From Patescibacteria group bacterium (GTDB taxonomy: Bacteria > Patescibacteriota > Minisyncoccia > Phycocordibacterales > UBA9973): a stretch of 64,000 bases of DNA. A program made the translations under genes and the position numbers. The DNA is taken from positions 7,264-71,263 of the forward strand of contig JAZKCM010000002.1 in the NCBI GenBank assembly GCA_040388095.1. Reading direction: 5' to 3'. The notes beneath the pieces are model-generated. The model did not search any database. It was not told the DNA's origin and saw nothing but the letters and a program-made list of their open reading frames with translations. This document shows, one piece after another, positions 1 to 9,193 of this stretch. How positions within the stretch are numbered: the stretch's first letter is position 1; each line of letters starts with the position of its first letter.

Positions 1-1
1 A

Positions 2-235
2 TGCGTTATAACTAAAAAAGGTTCACTTGTCGCTGGAGGATACTCCAACCGTACTCGTGCGACCAAGTTCAACCCGACAGGCAAGGTCCGCAAATACCCA
101 AATCTTCAGAAAAAGAAGGTCTTTGTTCCTGAGCTCGGCAAGACTTTTAATCTCGAAATCTCAACACAAGGAATGCGTACACTAGCCAAGAACGGCCCAT
201 ACGCAACCCTCAAAAAAGCTGGAGTTTTCAAATAA
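2..235 (+). CDS. rpmB: 50S ribosomal protein L28, 5'-truncated by window edge
   Basis: Frame 2 translates to CVITKKGSLVAGGYSNRTRATKFNPTGKVRKYPNLQKKKVFVPELGKTFNLEISTQGMRTLAKNGPYATLKKAGVFK*, matching the L28 pattern (CxITGK..., NPNLQ, RVxVS..LRT). The start codon lies upstream of the window. Confidence 0.75.
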   Translation, partial: CVITKKGSLVAGGYSNRTRATKFNPTGKVRKYPNLQKKKVFVPELGKTFNLEISTQGMRTLAKNGPYATLKKAGVFK

Positions 236-240
236 AAAAA

Positions 241-268
241 CCTTAACAAATTGTTAAGGTTTTTTTAT
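241..268 (+). terminator. Rho-independent terminator after rpmB
   Basis: Hairpin ccttaac-aaatt-gttaagg followed by an 8-T run. Confidence 0.6.
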
Positions 269-296
269 TGACTCAAACAATTCTAAACTGGTATAG

Positions 297-1511
297 TTGG
301 GTTATATGAAATGGCCAGAAATGATGTCGAGAAACGAAATGCCGAAAAACTATCAGGAGGCTTTTAAAAATCTCGCAAATAAGCTTATTTTCACAGAACC
401 GACAGATATGCTTATCAATAAGGAAAACATAAAAGCAATTTCTCAAAAAATACAAGACGAATCTATTGATTTGGATGACAATCTTCAAACAGAGAGACGT
501 AGAGCTACAAATAGACTCATTGGAATAAAAACAGAAGTACCAAAATTTTCCATGTTAGAAGGAATTATTAATAAATCAGAAAAAGATTTTCTTGAAGATA
601 TATCTGCGACTACCATAGCATTAAATGTAATAGACGACGGAGTGCAATATCACACTTGGGGTTTTACTCCGAAATTAGCAAAAAATGCTGGCGAAAAAGA
701 TATCAATAGAAATTGCTTTGGTATGACCACTTTTATCGGAGCATTATGTAACAAAAGAGGAATAAAAATAGATATGGGTATTACTCCCGATCATCCATAT
801 GTGATTGCGTACTTAGAAGATGGTTCATATATAGCCGATGGTCAAAACAAGCTCAAAAAATTGACTGGTAATTTTGAAGAACATGGAAATTACAAAATAT
901 ACAGGCCAACAAAAGAAGATAAGCTTTTGACAAAAATGATCATGATAGAAGATTTTGATCAAGCCCTCATATATGAAACTTTTGAAAACATCGAGATATT
1001 AAGGCAAATTTCATTAGGAAAGAAAGATATTACCCTACCCGGAAGCTACGAAGAAGGTATGAAGATTGCCGATGAAAATAAAGAGCTCTTGCAAAAAATT
1101 GACTGGAGAGATATGCAGAAAAAATTATTCCCTGAAATACACAAGTCGTTTATTGAAAATAAGAAAGATTGGGAAGAAGAAATCAAGCGCATGGGTGACA
1201 AAAGGAAACAATACTTTGCTGAAAATACTTTCTTTGAAATGTCAGAAGATGCGAAAAAATTTGTCCTGTTAAGAGAAGATTTAAAAGATAAATGGAAAGA
1301 TATAAATCTTGTATTTAAAAAACATAAAGAGGAAATAATTGAATTCTTGTTCAAGAATATAGATTTTAAAAAAACAACACCTGACGAAGTGAAGCTTTAT
1401 TTCTATTATATAAAGAGTCAGGTTGAAAAGAAGGGAAATAATGAAGTTATTCCGAAAGATGTTTATAATGTCATAGAAAATCTTCTATTTGACAAAAGTT
1501 CTAAAAAGTAA
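297..1511 (+). CDS. Hypothetical protein with a transglutaminase-like (papain-fold Cys/His/Asp) core
   Basis: 404 aa Lys/Glu-rich ORF. The segment NCFGMTTFIGALCNKRGIKIDMGITPDHPYVIAYLEDGSYIADG matches the transglutaminase-like core pattern G.C..fA..f..l.R..GIpaR.v.G....HaW.e......W...D. Alternative start at 306. Confidence 0.45.
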   Translation: MGYMKWPEMMSRNEMPKNYQEAFKNLANKLIFTEPTDMLINKENIKAISQKIQDESIDLDDNLQTERRRATNRLIGIKTEVPKFSMLEGIINKSEKDFLEDISATTIALNVIDDGVQYHTWGFTPKLAKNAGEKDINRNCFGMTTFIGALCNKRGIKIDMGITPDHPYVIAYLEDGSYIADGQNKLKKLTGNFEEHGNYKIYRPTKEDKLLTKMIMIEDFDQALIYETFENIEILRQISLGKKDITLPGSYEEGMKIADENKELLQKIDWRDMQKKLFPEIHKSFIENKKDWEEEIKRMGDKRKQYFAENTFFEMSEDAKKFVLLREDLKDKWKDINLVFKKHKEEIIEFLFKNIDFKKTTPDEVKLYFYYIKSQVEKKGNNEVIPKDVYNVIENLLFDKSSKK

Positions 1512-1750
1512 TAGAATGAAATAAATTTGTTTTATTGTTTCATTTAAAATATATAAGCGATGTTAGAGAAACTGCGTAAACTTGAAGAAAATCTCGAAAA
1601 ATTCTACAAAGAAACAAAATTAGAAATTTCCAAAATGAAAGAGGTCTGGAACCAAAAGTCTGAAGTTCCTGTCAGGCAGTCTGGATGCAACCTCAAAAGC
1701 CCTTCTGGTTTAAAAAATGTTTGGAATTAGATTTCCTGTAGGAAACCAAA

Positions 1751-1786
1751 GTGCTCAATCCCTAATGGATTGAGCACTTTTTTATT
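1751..1786. terminator. Candidate bidirectional terminator hairpin
   Basis: Stems gtgctcaatcc / ggattgagcac, followed by ttttttat on + strand. Overlaps the stop of the minus-strand MBL gene. Confidence 0.4.
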
Positions 1787-2633
1787 TATATATAAATTTC
1801 TCCCCATCACTTTTAAATATTATCGTACCGAGCAGATCGGTGCGGAGGATTTTGATATGAAAAGAATTTAAGGTATCCAGTGTTTCTTGATGCGGGTGGC
1901 CGTAGCTGTTGCCTTTGCCGTCGGAGATGAGGGCGTAAGTTGGAGCGACGGCAGATACAAAGGCTTTGGAAGTCGAAGTATGCGAGCCGTGATGCCCAAT
2001 TTTTAAAATATCCGATTTTAAAAATTGGGCAGAGTTTTCAGAAAGCACAATTGCTTCGGTGAGCTTTGTCGCATCACCGGTAAGTATGATCGAATTATTT
2101 CCATATGTCAGCCGGCTTATAATCGAACCGTCATTGGTGGACCAATGAGAAACATCACGGTCGGGAAACAATATTTCAGTTTTTGCTCCAGCACCAAGGT
2201 CGAGCACCATTCCCTTAGTCGCGATTATCTTCTTCACATTTTTCTCTTTTACGAGCTGTTCTACTGTCGCATAGGTTTTTGATTTATTGAAAGTTCCAGG
2301 CTCGATGATGTACGAGACTTCATAATTTTTAAGAATATCCACGAACCCGCCGATATGGTCGGCATCAGGGTTGGTAATCATCAGCACATCGATCTTCTTA
2401 TCGTAGAGTGGCAAGACTTCAGCAAGCGGAGCAAGGATACTATGCGTAGGCCCGCCGTCGATGAGCATCTGCACACCAGACGGCGACTCTACGAAAAGTG
2501 CATCGCCTTGGCCGACGTCGAGCATAGCAAAAGTCATTTTTCTATGTGAATTTTGCCAATCTGTATAAAAAAGAAAAACAACGACAGCTAAAAGCAAGGT
2601 AGTGCAAAAAAGTAAAAAATACTTCTTAATCAT
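1782..2633 (-). CDS. ComEC/Rec2-type metallo-beta-lactamase-fold domain protein, N-terminal membrane anchor
   Basis: 283 aa. N-terminal TM helix, then MLDVGQGDALFVESPSGVQMLIDGG ... NPDADHIGG ... KIGHHGSHTS...SYGHP. This is the ComEC C-terminal lactamase_B domain pattern (LDVGQGDA, HxDHxGG, HHGS). Confidence 0.7.
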   Translation of the reverse strand: MIKKYFLLFCTTLLLAVVVFLFYTDWQNSHRKMTFAMLDVGQGDALFVESPSGVQMLIDGGPTHSILAPLAEVLPLYDKKIDVLMITNPDADHIGGFVDILKNYEVSYIIEPGTFNKSKTYATVEQLVKEKNVKKIIATKGMVLDLGAGAKTEILFPDRDVSHWSTNDGSIISRLTYGNNSIILTGDATKLTEAIVLSENSAQFLKSDILKIGHHGSHTSTSKAFVSAVAPTYALISDGKGNSYGHPHQETLDTLNSFHIKILRTDLLGTIIFKSDGEKFIYK

Positions 2634-2649
2634 GCTATAATTTTAACAT

Positions 2650-3243
2650 ATGCAAAAATTTGAAGAAAAGAAATTTAATATCGGTGAATTAAAAGGCATT
2701 TCAGCAAAAAATGTCGAGGAGCACTTGAAGCTATATGCAGGATATGTGAAAAGTGTGAACTTTATAATAGACAAGATTAGTGAATTCGCACCTGATGTGG
2801 AAAAAAATATGTATGTGATGGGAGAGCTCTTCCGCAGATTCGGTTTTGAATTCAATGGTATGAGAAATCATGAATATTATTTCAAATCACTCGAAGGCGG
2901 AGCAAAGATGTTGCCTGAGAATTCAGAATTAAAAAAACAAATTGAAAAACAAGCTCCATCTTTTGATGCATGGCTTTCTGCTTTTAAAATACTCGCGATG
3001 ACTCGTGGAGTCGGCTGGGCAATACTTTACTATGACAAGCAGACACAGCAACTGATGCACACCTGGGTAGATGAACAACATTTAGGACAACTCAACGGAT
3101 GCGATATGGTTCTCGGTATCGATATGTGGGAACATGCATATGTCTACGACTATCCTACTTCTGAAAAGAAAAAATATATCGATGCATTTTTCGAAAATTT
3201 AAATTGGGAAATCATCGAGGAAAATTTTAAGAAAGTAAAATAG
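2650..3243 (+). CDS. Fe/Mn superoxide dismutase family protein (divergent)
   Basis: 197 aa. EEHLKLYAGYV (HHxKHHxxYV-like), MRNHEYYFKSLEGG (NHSLFWxNL-like) and C-terminal GIDMWEHAYVYDY (D.WEHAYY metal-ligand motif). Confidence 0.6.
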   Translation: MQKFEEKKFNIGELKGISAKNVEEHLKLYAGYVKSVNFIIDKISEFAPDVEKNMYVMGELFRRFGFEFNGMRNHEYYFKSLEGGAKMLPENSELKKQIEKQAPSFDAWLSAFKILAMTRGVGWAILYYDKQTQQLMHTWVDEQHLGQLNGCDMVLGIDMWEHAYVYDYPTSEKKKYIDAFFENLNWEIIEENFKKVK

Positions 3244-3253
3244 AAAATAAAAA

Positions 3254-3280
3254 AAAGCGAACCTTAGGTTCGCTTTTTTG
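3254..3280 (+). terminator. Rho-independent terminator after SOD-like gene
   Basis: aagcgaacc-ttag-ggttcgctt followed by ttttttg. Confidence 0.6.
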
Positions 3281-3404
3281 TTGGTAATTGCCAATTTTTA
3301 GTGGCCACCGACTTGATTTAATGAAACCTTTTTCATTTTTTCTTAAGTTTTAATTTGTACTAATTTAATACTCGTATAGAAGTATATCAAAATAATAGGA
3401 AATA

Positions 3405-4733
3405 TCAATTATTAGCCTGAAATATCTTCTTTATACTTTTCCAAAAAAGTTTGTAAAAGAAAAATAGGTAAATTAAAATAGTAATCCATAATGGAAAACT
3501 TGGTATCGTAAAAGATGCAAAAGGAAGATTTGAAAAGAATGCGATAGCTCCTAATTCATAATGAAGCAAAAAATATGAAAGGTAACCGAAAGGAATAGCG
3601 AACGGAAAGAAAATCAGGCCGATGAAACCAGTAATAAAACCGAGGAGCATTGTGAATGGAATAAACGGAAGTACGGTGATGTTTGCAGGCAAGGCGACGA
3701 GCGAGAAATTGCCCATATTATAAAGAATAAATGGTGTGACAAATATGTATGCGGAAAATGTCACCGTTACGATATCACGTAGCCAATTCCACCCAATCCA
3801 CATAAAATATTTCTCCATTTTCGGCGAGAGGAAAATTACTGCAATAGTCGCCAAGAATGAAAGCTGAAAAGAGACATCGTAAATGAGGACGAAGGGATTG
3901 AGCACGACCATAAATACGCCAGCGAGGATCAGAGCGCGGGCGACGTCGTAATTCCTCCCCGTCGCCCGCGCGATGAGTGCAAGGATCGCCATAATTCCAG
4001 CCCGCACCGCAGTCGAAGACCCGCCCGACATTAACACGAAAAGAAATATCGAGAATATGCCGACTCCAATACCAAAATTCTTTGGCAAAAAAGAAAATAT
4101 TTTCATAATCCATTCAGCAACGATAGTGACGTTGTATCCTGAAAGTGCGACTATATGTATCGTGCCTGTGTTTACGAAGCTTTCTCGTAACGCTTGGCTG
4201 AATGAAGATTTCTCTCCTAAAATGAGTCCACCCATCAGTAAACTTTCCGGCTGAGGTATTGCGCGATTCATCTTTTCTAAAAATTTTTCCTTCGCGAAAA
4301 ACAACATGCTTTTCACAAAATTCCCGTGCCTATGCGAAAGCACTTCTATCTTCGTATATTGCATCGTGTAGAAAATGCCATCTTTTTTGAGATAATGAAT
4401 GTAGTCAAAAGTCTTCCCTTGATCAGTCAGGAAATTCTCCGGCTTCTCCAATTTCCCTATTACCGAAATCTCATCACCATAATTGAAATCTTCATCCAAC
4501 CCAGCAGTGATTAATACTTTCGTCTCTTCATTTCCAACTTTCACCTCGACAGTAATCTTTTGATTCTTCTCTCGTATGTCAGGTTCGTCGATGATGATGC
4601 CTTTGAAGCTCACTTTTTCTCCGACATTATTTTCAAATACTTCCGGCCCCGGCTTGTCGAGAAAAAAGAAAAGCCTCGCCACTGAGATGAGGATCAGTGC
4701 GAGGCATATGACATAGAAAATTTTGTCTTTCAT
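3405..4733 (-). CDS. comEC: ComEC/Rec2 DNA-internalisation channel protein (DUF4131 + competence domain), lacking the MBL domain
   Basis: 442 aa. N-terminal TM plus OB-fold-like region, then a polytopic membrane region with TGTIHIVALSGYNVTIV, the ComEC competence-domain signature TGtsHLlAISGlHv. Many TM helices. Confidence 0.7.
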   Translation of the reverse strand: MKDKIFYVICLALILISVARLFFFLDKPGPEVFENNVGEKVSFKGIIIDEPDIREKNQKITVEVKVGNEETKVLITAGLDEDFNYGDEISVIGKLEKPENFLTDQGKTFDYIHYLKKDGIFYTMQYTKIEVLSHRHGNFVKSMLFFAKEKFLEKMNRAIPQPESLLMGGLILGEKSSFSQALRESFVNTGTIHIVALSGYNVTIVAEWIMKIFSFLPKNFGIGVGIFSIFLFVLMSGGSSTAVRAGIMAILALIARATGRNYDVARALILAGVFMVVLNPFVLIYDVSFQLSFLATIAVIFLSPKMEKYFMWIGWNWLRDIVTVTFSAYIFVTPFILYNMGNFSLVALPANITVLPFIPFTMLLGFITGFIGLIFFPFAIPFGYLSYFLLHYELGAIAFFSNLPFASFTIPSFPLWITILIYLFFFYKLFWKSIKKIFQANN

Positions 4734-4734
4734 A

Positions 4735-5202
4735 TTAGTGCTGGATTAATTTAATAGGTTCATTATCAGCAAAACTTGTCGCGATGACGTCTGCGCGTTC
4801 GTTGTGTTCGATGCCTGCGTGACCTTTCACATATGTCCATTTTATTTTAAAATCTTTCACCAAATCATAAAGTTCTATCCAGAGCTCTTTATTCAAAACC
4901 GGCTTCTTTGCCGCATTGTGCCAATTATTTTTTTGCCAGTTGAAAATCCAGTCGGTAATACCGTTAATTACATATTTTGAATCAGAAAATATTTCTACAT
5001 TCCCGGTAAATTGTATTTTCTTTAAATGTTTCAACGCTCCAATCGGTGCGGAAAGCTCCATCTGGTTATTCGTAGCGACATCTGCCCTGCCTCCGAGCTC
5101 GTGAATTTTCTTTCCGTCGATAACGATAGCTCCCCAGCCCGCCTTGCCTGGATTCCCTCTCGCCGCCCCGTCTGTATAGATAATGATTTTATCGTTATGC
5201 AT
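4735..5202 (-). CDS. rnhA: Ribonuclease HI
   Basis: 155 aa. IIIYTDGAARGNPGKAGWGAIV ... MELSAPIGALKHL ... IFSDSKYVINGITDWIFNWQKNNW ... VKGHAGIEHNERADVIA. Classic RNase H fold motifs. Confidence 0.9.
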   Translation of the reverse strand: MHNDKIIIYTDGAARGNPGKAGWGAIVIDGKKIHELGGRADVATNNQMELSAPIGALKHLKKIQFTGNVEIFSDSKYVINGITDWIFNWQKNNWHNAAKKPVLNKELWIELYDLVKDFKIKWTYVKGHAGIEHNERADVIATSFADNEPIKLIQH

Positions 5203-5209
5203 AAAAATA

Positions 5210-6844
5210 TTATACCAAATCTTCTACTCGCAGACGAAGTTCGACACGACCGGCGAAACGAGACAAATCAAAAGTAGCGAGAAGTGATATCGGCTCACCA
5301 ACTGCTGGAATTTTTGTAAAAGATTCAGGAGAAGAGAAAAAAGAAATAGCTTTTATGTTTTGTCCACGAGAGTTCATAAAAGAAAATTCTAAATGCTCGC
5401 TCGCTTTACCAAATGTTTTAATAGCATTCACTGGAATATTTTCAAAAAGAAACATTGGTTTTGGGTTAGAGAGTCCGAAAGGCGACATTTTTTCTATTTC
5501 TTTCCAATTTTGCATATTTATATCATCGAGACTTAATTTCAAATCATAATTATATTCAATAATAGTAGAAGTTTCTTTTTTAACTTTTATAAAAGAATTG
5601 CAAAGTGCTTCCTCTAAAGAATGTATTTTTTCATTGTGTACAGAAAACCCACCAGCACCTTCATGCCCACCAAACTCGGCAAAATATTCTTTTGTTTCTG
5701 TCATAAGCTCTACGACTGACACAGAACCATCAGAACGACAGGATCCTTTTATAACATCATTCTCATCTCTCCCCCAAACGAATGCTGGTCTTTTGTATTC
5801 ATCAGTTATTTTCCCTGCGATAAGTCCAAGTACACCGACTTTCCATAATGGATTACCGATGACTATAACTTCTGTATGTTCTCTTTTTTCAAATTTTTTA
5901 TTTATATCTCGCATAATACTTTTTACAAGATTTTTTCTATCATCATTTATATCTGAAAGATGATTTGCAAGTTTCTCACCTTCTGCAACATCTTTCGTCG
6001 CGAGTAATTCAAAAGCTCTTCTCGGATCATCCATGCGTGACGCAGCATTAAGTCTTGGAGTAATCATAAAACCAATATCATCTTCAGTAAGATACTCTTG
6101 TGCAATTTTTGTTTTACGAAGAAGTGCTTTTAGTCCTGGGCGTGGAGACTTTCTTAACACTTTCATTCCAAAATATGCCAATGCTCTATTTTCTCCAAGT
6201 AGTGGCACCATATCTGAAAGAGTTGCTAATCCTGCCATATCGAGAAGCCATTTCTCCCAGCCAGCTGAAATTTCCTGATATTTTAAAATTCCTTGTGCAA
6301 ATTTGAAAGCGACACCTGCGCCACAGAGCATTTTCTCAGGATAATCATCGCATTTAGGATTAAGAATTGCGAAAGCTTTTGGAATTTCCGCATGAGGTAA
6401 ATGGTGATCCGTAATAATTACATCGATACCATGCTTTTGTGCATCGGCAACTTCTTTAACAGCAGTTATGCCGAGGTCGATAGTTATTAAAACTTTTACT
6501 CCATCTTCTTTCATTCTCTCTACTGATTCAGTATTCAAACCATAACCTTCAGAATTTCTCTGTGGAATATATACTTCAATGTTTTTATATTCAAGTTTTT
6601 CAAATAAATCATTTAAAATAACTGCACCTGGTATGCCATCACAATCATAGTCAGCATAAATCAAAATCTTTTCGTTGTTTTTTATAGCTTCAAATATACG
6701 CTCGCATGATTTTTGCATATCACGCATTAAAAACGGATCTAAAATATCACGTTCGTAGTTAGGATTTAAGAAATTTTCTATCGCTTCTTTGCCTTGTATT
6801 CCTCTTTTTTCAAGTAATTTTTCTAGTAATTCTGTGTTAGTCAT
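5210..6844 (-). CDS. recJ: Single-stranded-DNA-specific exonuclease RecJ (DHH/DHHA1 family)
   Basis: 544 aa. ILIYADYDCDGIPGAVIL, ITDHH, GGHEGAGG. DHH phosphoesterase motifs in RecJ order. Confidence 0.85.
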   Translation of the reverse strand: MTNTELLEKLLEKRGIQGKEAIENFLNPNYERDILDPFLMRDMQKSCERIFEAIKNNEKILIYADYDCDGIPGAVILNDLFEKLEYKNIEVYIPQRNSEGYGLNTESVERMKEDGVKVLITIDLGITAVKEVADAQKHGIDVIITDHHLPHAEIPKAFAILNPKCDDYPEKMLCGAGVAFKFAQGILKYQEISAGWEKWLLDMAGLATLSDMVPLLGENRALAYFGMKVLRKSPRPGLKALLRKTKIAQEYLTEDDIGFMITPRLNAASRMDDPRRAFELLATKDVAEGEKLANHLSDINDDRKNLVKSIMRDINKKFEKREHTEVIVIGNPLWKVGVLGLIAGKITDEYKRPAFVWGRDENDVIKGSCRSDGSVSVVELMTETKEYFAEFGGHEGAGGFSVHNEKIHSLEEALCNSFIKVKKETSTIIEYNYDLKLSLDDINMQNWKEIEKMSPFGLSNPKPMFLFENIPVNAIKTFGKASEHLEFSFMNSRGQNIKAISFFSSPESFTKIPAVGEPISLLATFDLSRFAGRVELRLRVEDLV

Positions 6845-6873
6845 AGGACTGATTTTATCATATAATAGTAACT

Positions 6874-7269
6874 ATGAATAATGACTGCATTTTCTGCAAA
6901 ATAATTAAAAATGAAATACCGAGTAATAAAGTCTACGAAGATGCTAATTTTTTAGCGTTTATGGATATCCAGCCGGTCTCTGATGGACACCTACTAGTAA
7001 TCCCCAAAACTCATGTCGAATGGATGCAGGACGCTGATGATGAAACAGTTGCGGGCGCATTTAAAATATCTAAAAAACTGATGACTTCAATTAAAAATAG
7101 TATTGGCTGTGATTATGTTCAAGTTTCTGTAGTAGGAAAAGACATACCTCATTTTCACATCCACCTCATACCTCGCTATTTCGACGATGGCTTTAAAGGA
7201 TATGAAACTAAAACATATAAAGAAGGCGAATCAAAAGTAATCGCTGAGAAAATTATTTCAGTACTCTAA
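6874..7269 (+). CDS. HIT (histidine triad) family protein
   Basis: 131 aa. CIFCKII, GHLLVIPKTHV, HFHIHLIP histidine triad. Confidence 0.8.
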   Translation: MNNDCIFCKIIKNEIPSNKVYEDANFLAFMDIQPVSDGHLLVIPKTHVEWMQDADDETVAGAFKISKKLMTSIKNSIGCDYVQVSVVGKDIPHFHIHLIPRYFDDGFKGYETKTYKEGESKVIAEKIISVL

Positions 7270-7284
7270 CTATTGCAAAAGCAA

Positions 7285-7510
7285 TTCTATTCTGATAATG
7301 TAAGCTTAATGTCAAGGGGAACCCTAGAGTTGTATTCAATGTAAGTATGTAGGAATACTGGGTTATGTGATGAGAGGTAACTCCTCATAATCACTCTAGT
7401 TCTTTAAAAAACTAGAAGGTCTATAAAAAATGTTGCTTGCAGAAATGCGGCCCCTTCTATCAGGACATTAACTGTACAAAGCTGGAAGACTTGCAAAGAA
7501 TTGCAAGCAA
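7285..7510. ncRNA. Unassigned structured non-coding region (candidate ncRNA or leader); strand unknown
   Basis: About 225 nt with no ORF and higher GC than its surroundings. Several local hairpins (ctagttc...aactag; gagg-taac-cctc) and a long-range complement ttgcttgcag(7434-7443)/ttgcaagcaa(7501-7510). No match I recognise to tmRNA, SRP or RNase P cores. Confidence 0.2.
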
Positions 7511-7541
7511 AAAGCGGCAGAAATTTCTGCCGCTTTTTTAA
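7511..7541. terminator. Bidirectional rho-independent terminator
   Basis: aaaaagcggcagaaatttctgccgctttttta. A perfect hairpin flanked by A-run and T-run; it sits between the convergent ends of the 7.3-kb region and the minus-strand zinc-finger gene. Confidence 0.55.
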
Positions 7542-8006
7542 TTAAAACAATTTCAATTGATGAGGGTCATTTGAATGATATCCTCGGTGAGGATTTAAAA
7601 GAAACAAAACGCTTTCTTCAAAAGACATACTGTGTTTTTCTTGAAGAAAATTGAAAACATCACCACTTTTACCACAACCAAAACATTTAAATGAACCGGA
7701 ACCATCGTTGTTATGAAAAACAACAAATGATGGCGTTTTCTCTTTGTGAAAAGGACAAATCCCTCTATAGCAAGGTTTTCTTTTTACACGTTTTTCAATA
7801 AGAAAACTTTTTATTCCTGAACTACTTTCAATGTAAATGAAGTTGCTGTTACTATAAATACTTTTTTCTGGTCTGGGAAGAGGAAAAAGATGATTATACA
7901 TTCCTTCGCCAGAACGTTTTGATTTCTTTAAAAATACATATTGTTTTATAATCTTTAGCGTTCTTTGAAATTGTTTTGGTCCTGTGATCCATTTTTCAGG
8001 GAACAT
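7542..8006 (-). CDS. Stand-alone CHC2-type (DnaG-primase-like) zinc-finger protein
   Basis: 154 aa. C-terminal CPFHKEKTPSFVVFHNNDGSGSFKCFGCGKSGDVFNFLQEKHSMSFEESV matches the DnaG N-terminal zinc-binding domain (CPFHxExTPSF...FxCFGCGxxGDVxxF). No TOPRIM or primase catalytic region. Confidence 0.55.
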   Translation of the reverse strand: MFPEKWITGPKQFQRTLKIIKQYVFLKKSKRSGEGMYNHLFPLPRPEKSIYSNSNFIYIESSSGIKSFLIEKRVKRKPCYRGICPFHKEKTPSFVVFHNNDGSGSFKCFGCGKSGDVFNFLQEKHSMSFEESVLFLLNPHRGYHSNDPHQLKLF

Positions 8007-8074
8007 TTTTACCTCCTTTTTTAAAAGTTTATTTAAACCTAAAATACCATTTAAAAGATAAGAAGTAAAGAACG

Positions 8075-9193
8075 TTATTTCAAAGCTTTAATACCAGGCA
8101 AAGTTCCATTGGCAAGAAAATCGAGTGTTGCGCCACCGCCCGTCGAGACAAAAGAGAATTTATCTTCTAATTTTAATTCAGAAATTATTTCTACAGTGTC
8201 GCCGCCGCCGATAATGCTTTCGGCTTTTGCAGCTGCAACCATCTTCAATACTTCTTTCGTCGCACCGCCGGCACCAGCTTCGTATTTACCAAGCGGGCCG
8301 TTCCAGAGAATGAGTTTTGATTTTTTAATGACTGGCTCGAGAATTTTCAAAGATTCTTTGCCGACATCGAGAATAACGTCATTTTTTGAAATATCACGAA
8401 CATTTTTCTCTTCAAATTTTCCGTCAGCATTTTTCACGACTACGTATTCCGGAATAATGAGCTTTTTATTCTTTATTATCTTTTCAATGCTATAGTCGCC
8501 TTCATCTATGAGTGACTTACCTACTTGGTATCCTTTCGCTTTCAAGAAATCATTGAGCAATGCACCGCCGATAAAAATAGCATCAGCGAGGCGTAAATAT
8601 TTTTTAATAAGTGGCATTTTGGTAGAGAATTTCGCTCCGCCCAAGATAAAGAGAAATGGATGTTTCGGATCTTTTATCGCTTTTGATAAATTTTTTATTT
8701 CTGCCTGCAGTTGAAGGCCAGCATATGACGGAAGCAATTTTGGAAGGAGCACGAGAGATGTATCTTCACGATGAGACACAGAAAATGCTTCATTTACATA
8801 AAAGTCTGCAAGTTTCGCCAAGTTCATTGCAAAGAAATTGTTAAGTGATTGCTCGCCAGCATCATTGCGTAAATTCTCAAGCAAGACCACTTCCCCATTT
8901 TTCATATCTGCCACAGCTTTCGAAGCTTTCTCGCCAATTATTTCTGGCACGAATGTCGCTTTAACATATTTATTCAATACTTTTGCGACAGGTGCGAGCG
9001 TCTCTCCGCCTTTACCAAGATGAGCTATAAGAATAATCTTTGCTCCTTTTTTCTGTAAAAATTGTATCGTCGGCAACGCTTTTTGTATACGAAAATCATC
9101 TTCCACCTTGCCGTCTTTCATCGGTACATTGAAATCCACTCGCACGAGCGCGATTTTCCCTTTTATATTTTTTAATTCTTTAATGCTACGCAT
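8075..9193 (-). CDS. pgk: Phosphoglycerate kinase
   Basis: GKIALVRVDFNVPMKDGKV.DD.RI, IAHLGKG, GGGATLDFL. The listed ORF extends to 9295, but the PGK alignment starts at MRSIKELK (ATG at 9193), 8 nt past the tpiA stop. Confidence 0.9.
   Translation of the reverse strand: MRSIKELKNIKGKIALVRVDFNVPMKDGKVEDDFRIQKALPTIQFLQKKGAKIILIAHLGKGGETLAPVAKVLNKYVKATFVPEIIGEKASKAVADMKNGEVVLLENLRNDAGEQSLNNFFAMNLAKLADFYVNEAFSVSHREDTSLVLLPKLLPSYAGLQLQAEIKNLSKAIKDPKHPFLFILGGAKFSTKMPLIKKYLRLADAIFIGGALLNDFLKAKGYQVGKSLIDEGDYSIEKIIKNKKLIIPEYVVVKNADGKFEEKNVRDISKNDVILDVGKESLKILEPVIKKSKLILWNGPLGKYEAGAGGATKEVLKMVAAAKAESIIGGGDTVEIISELKLEDKFSFVSTGGGATLDFLANGTLPGIKALK

Noticed and set aside
1560-1730. 56-aa ORF MLEKLRKLEENLEKFYKE... 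between the transglutaminase-like gene and the MBL gene
   Set aside because: It is below any reasonable length threshold and has no recognisable motif. It could be real (it is followed by a hairpin terminator) but is unsupported.
8109-8495. Sense/antisense ORFs of 60-200 aa inside pgk, pnp, rny, uvrD, recJ and others (e.g. 8109..8495, 36638..37246, 22585..23707, 19491..20096)
   Set aside because: They lie opposite or overlapping confidently assigned housekeeping genes and have Ser/Phe/Leu-rich composition typical of antisense reading of Lys/Glu-rich genes.
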